Source: Squalus acanthias
Lineage: Eukaryota
Assembly: GCA_030390025.1 (NCBI GenBank)
Contig: CM059425.1
Span: 170,440,001 to 170,504,000 of the forward strand
DNA length: 64,000 bases
Reading direction: 5' to 3'
The position numbers and the translations under genes were made by a program. Shown piece by piece: positions 61,514-64,000 of this stretch. The notes under the pieces were generated by a model. It was not told where the DNA came from. It saw only the letters and a program-made list of their open reading frames with translations, and made no database searches. Position 1 is the stretch's first letter. Every line of letters begins with the position of its first letter.

Positions 61514-61737
61514 TGTCATAAATCGCAAGTAACAACTCAGGAAGTACTACTGGGCGGCCAGCTGGGGCGCCGTCCAGGGAGTATAAATACTCAGGCATGG
61601 GCCCACCTTGGGCAGAGACAATCTGGAAACAGGAAGCTAGTGACTGCTAACTAGACCTCCATGTTTAGTTACAAGTTGATTAAAGCCTTGCTTTATGTTC
61701 AAGTGCGTAGTGAGTCTTTATTACGTCAATTTAATCA
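61514..61737 (+). promoter_or_regulatory. 5' LTR of Gypsy element (~224 bp) followed by a putative PBS
   Basis: Begins TGT, ends CA, TATAAATA at ~61583, ATTAAA at ~61679, TGGTATC at 61741. Confidence 0.7.
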
Positions 61738-61828
61738 ACTTGGTATCGTCTCCACGCTTTGGGTGATTCGGAACAACCAGCTGCAACTCGAACCACAGAA
61801 GGGAACTTGGGCAAGAAACTGATCCATC

Positions 61829-63229
61829 ATGGAAAAACTCCTTAGACCCGCTCGTCTCGACCTGGACCCGAATGCACCTGCGGCAGCAAAGATATGGAAG
61901 CATTGGTTTCGTACCTTTAGCAACTTTCTTGAAGAATGTGGGGCGGATGTCCCTAATAAGTTACGAATGCTTATCAACTACATGTCTCCTCATGTGTATG
62001 ATTATATTGAGGACTGTATAGACTATGACACTGCTATCGAAATCTTACAGCAGCTATATGTCAAGTCCCCAAATGAAATCTTTGCTCGACACCTACTGGC
62101 CACAACTCGGCAGCAGCCTGGGGAATCACTCGATGAATTTCTCCAGAAACTTCGCAGGCTCAGCAAGGATTGTAACCTTAAAGCAGTTTCAGCTGAACAG
62201 TATCAAGAGGAACTAATCCGCGATTCCTTTATCAATGGAATCGCGTCCCCTTTTATACGTCAGCGCCTGCTGGAAAATAAAACCCTCAATTTACGGGCTG
62301 CTTATGACCAGGCGTGTTCCTTGGACTTGGCCAAGAAAAATGCAGACACTTATCTCCCACCACGTGCACGGGCGGCGGCTATCTCCTTTAATGAGTCTTT
62401 CGGTAGGTCTCGGGCGGATGCCCCCACTGATGTTGACTCTACTCTAACAGACGACGACCCTACCCTAGAGGCCTTCGCTGATGACGACCCCGCCCTAGCA
62501 GCATCCTGGCAATCAGGAAGAAAGTGTTTCTTTTGTGGAGGGGCGTGCCATCACAGAAAATTTTGCCCGGCTCGTAATGTGACCTGCAATCATTGCAGCA
62601 AGAAAGGACACTTTTCCAAGGTATGCCAGTCACGGGCCTTTGCTAACAAGAAAGGCCGCTCCTCTAAAGTATACCGGTCGAGAGCTCCTGTTAGCTTCAC
62701 AGCTGCTATCTATGGAGCTGCTCCTCCCCCAAGAACTACTGTTAAGGCTACAGTTGCCGAAGGGAAAATTGCCCCTCCTCCCATCACGGCTGTTTTTCCC
62801 CAAAGTTTGTCCCATGCAGCCACGAAGGTTTCAGTAAATGGGCACACTCTAAGCGCGCTAATCGACTCCTGCAGCTCTGACAGCTTCATTAGTAAGCGGG
62901 CTGTCAACAGGTTAAAACTGCACATTTATCCCTCGGACAGGGAGATTGCAATGGCTCTGACGACTCTGACCACCAATTCTTCTGGCTTCTGTCTGGTCAA
63001 CCTCATCCTCAACGGCCGCACGTATCTCTCCACCCGGCTCGGAGTACTCGCAAACTTATGCAGCGATGTGCTTCTGGGACAGGACTTCCAGAAGCAGCAC
63101 AAGAAGATCACTTTTGAGTTTGGAGGGTCAAGGCCGGAGCTTACCATTTCTAAGGTGCCGTTTTGTGCACTCTCGGCGGCCTTACTCGGTGAACCCTCCC
63201 TGTTTGCCAATCTTCCCCCCCCGCTGTAA
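61829..63229 (+). CDS. gag: Gag-protease (zinc knuckles, aspartic protease)
   Basis: QQPGESLDEF, LIRDSFINGI, CNHCSKKGHFSKVC (CCHC), ALIDSCSSDSFI, VLLGQDF. Confidence 0.9.
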   Translation: MEKLLRPARLDLDPNAPAAAKIWKHWFRTFSNFLEECGADVPNKLRMLINYMSPHVYDYIEDCIDYDTAIEILQQLYVKSPNEIFARHLLATTRQQPGESLDEFLQKLRRLSKDCNLKAVSAEQYQEELIRDSFINGIASPFIRQRLLENKTLNLRAAYDQACSLDLAKKNADTYLPPRARAAAISFNESFGRSRADAPTDVDSTLTDDDPTLEAFADDDPALAASWQSGRKCFFCGGACHHRKFCPARNVTCNHCSKKGHFSKVCQSRAFANKKGRSSKVYRSRAPVSFTAAIYGAAPPPRTTVKATVAEGKIAPPPITAVFPQSLSHAATKVSVNGHTLSALIDSCSSDSFISKRAVNRLKLHIYPSDREIAMALTTLTTNSSGFCLVNLILNGRTYLSTRLGVLANLCSDVLLGQDFQKQHKKITFEFGGSRPELTISKVPFCALSAALLGEPSLFANLPPPL

Positions 63230-64000
63230 ACCCATAGCCACCAAATCGCGGCGCTTTAGCCAAGATGATCGAGCGTTTATTGAGGCGGAAATCTCTCGCC
63301 TTTTAGTCGACGGTATTATCGAGCCATGTTCATCTCCCTGGCGGGCTCAGGTCGTCATCGTGAGGAATCCCTTAAAACAACATAAAAAACGTCTGTGTAT
63401 CGATTATTCGCAGACTATTAATCTATATACCGATCTGGATGCCTACCCGCTGCCACGCATAGATGACATGGTCAACAACCTTGCCAAATACAAGGTATTC
63501 TCGACCTTCGATTTAAAAAGCGCGTACCATCAGGTGCCACTGCAAGACTCCGACAAGAAGTATACGGCCTTTGAGGCCAATGGTCGGCTTTTCCAGTTTC
63601 GCCGCCTTCCATTCGGGGTCACCAATGGGGTGGCCGTCTTCCAACGGGCCATGGATGGCCTAGTCCGGCAAGAGAACTTGACGGATACCTTTCCGTATTT
63701 AGACAATATCACTATTGCCGGCCATGATCAAAAGGAGCATGACGCCAATCTTCAGAGATTTTTTGACGTACTCCGCCGTCGCCACTTAACGTTAAACGAA
63801 TCCAAATCGGTGAAGTCGGTGCCATCGGTGAACATTCTTGGCTACTGGGTGGGCAACGGTGTTATTAAACCGGACCCAGAGCGACTTCGTCCACTTCAGG
63901 AGCTCCCTCCCCCGACGAACCTCGGCTCTCTTCGTCGGGCACTTGGCATGTTTGCTTATTACGCAAAATGGATACCACACTTCTCCGATAAAATACAGCC
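63222..64000 (+). CDS. pol: Reverse transcriptase of pol (partial, +1 frame relative to gag-pro; not in the ORF track)
   Basis: GIIEPCSSPW, RLCIDY, DAYPLPRID, FSTFDLKSAYHQV, LPFGVTNG, FPYLDNITI, LRRALGMFAYY; open to the window end. Confidence 0.9.

Larger units (their letters stand above)
61514..64000 (+). mobile_element. Ty3/Gypsy LTR retrotransposon, 5' part (continues beyond the window)
   Basis: LTR, gag, protease and RT in order. Confidence 0.93.

Overview
This is eukaryotic DNA, most likely from a cartilaginous fish: it carries an HE1/V-SINE-like element, Deu-domain SINEs and HER1/CR1-like LINEs. The window is almost entirely transposable elements, and I could not identify any host protein-coding gene with confidence. 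The dominant feature is a dense cluster of PIF/Harbinger DNA transposons. There are four full-length two-gene elements (2989-7198, 16439-20312, 33657-38302, ~38405-43020), one internal-deletion derivative (27583-28475), two older Myb-gene remnants and several MITEs. The seven copies other than the MITEs all lie in the same orientation. The first element looks fully intact: 12-bp TIRs, an ATA TSD, an uninterrupted 386-aa HARBI1-like DDE transposase, and a convergent 3-exon Myb/SANT-like gene. That gene splices in frame to 488 aa, although the ORF track shows it only as fragments. The window also holds three long minus-strand CR1 LINEs plus fragments, and a decayed CR1/L2-group LINE with a tRNA-like head. 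Smaller items are SINEs, a Penelope-type fragment with a minimal hammerhead ribozyme motif, a Tx1 fragment, a Tigger-like MITE and two minisatellites. The 5' part of a young Gypsy LTR retrotransposon with a YLDN reverse transcriptase motif runs off the right edge. All family assignments come from motif recognition by eye, not from database searches.
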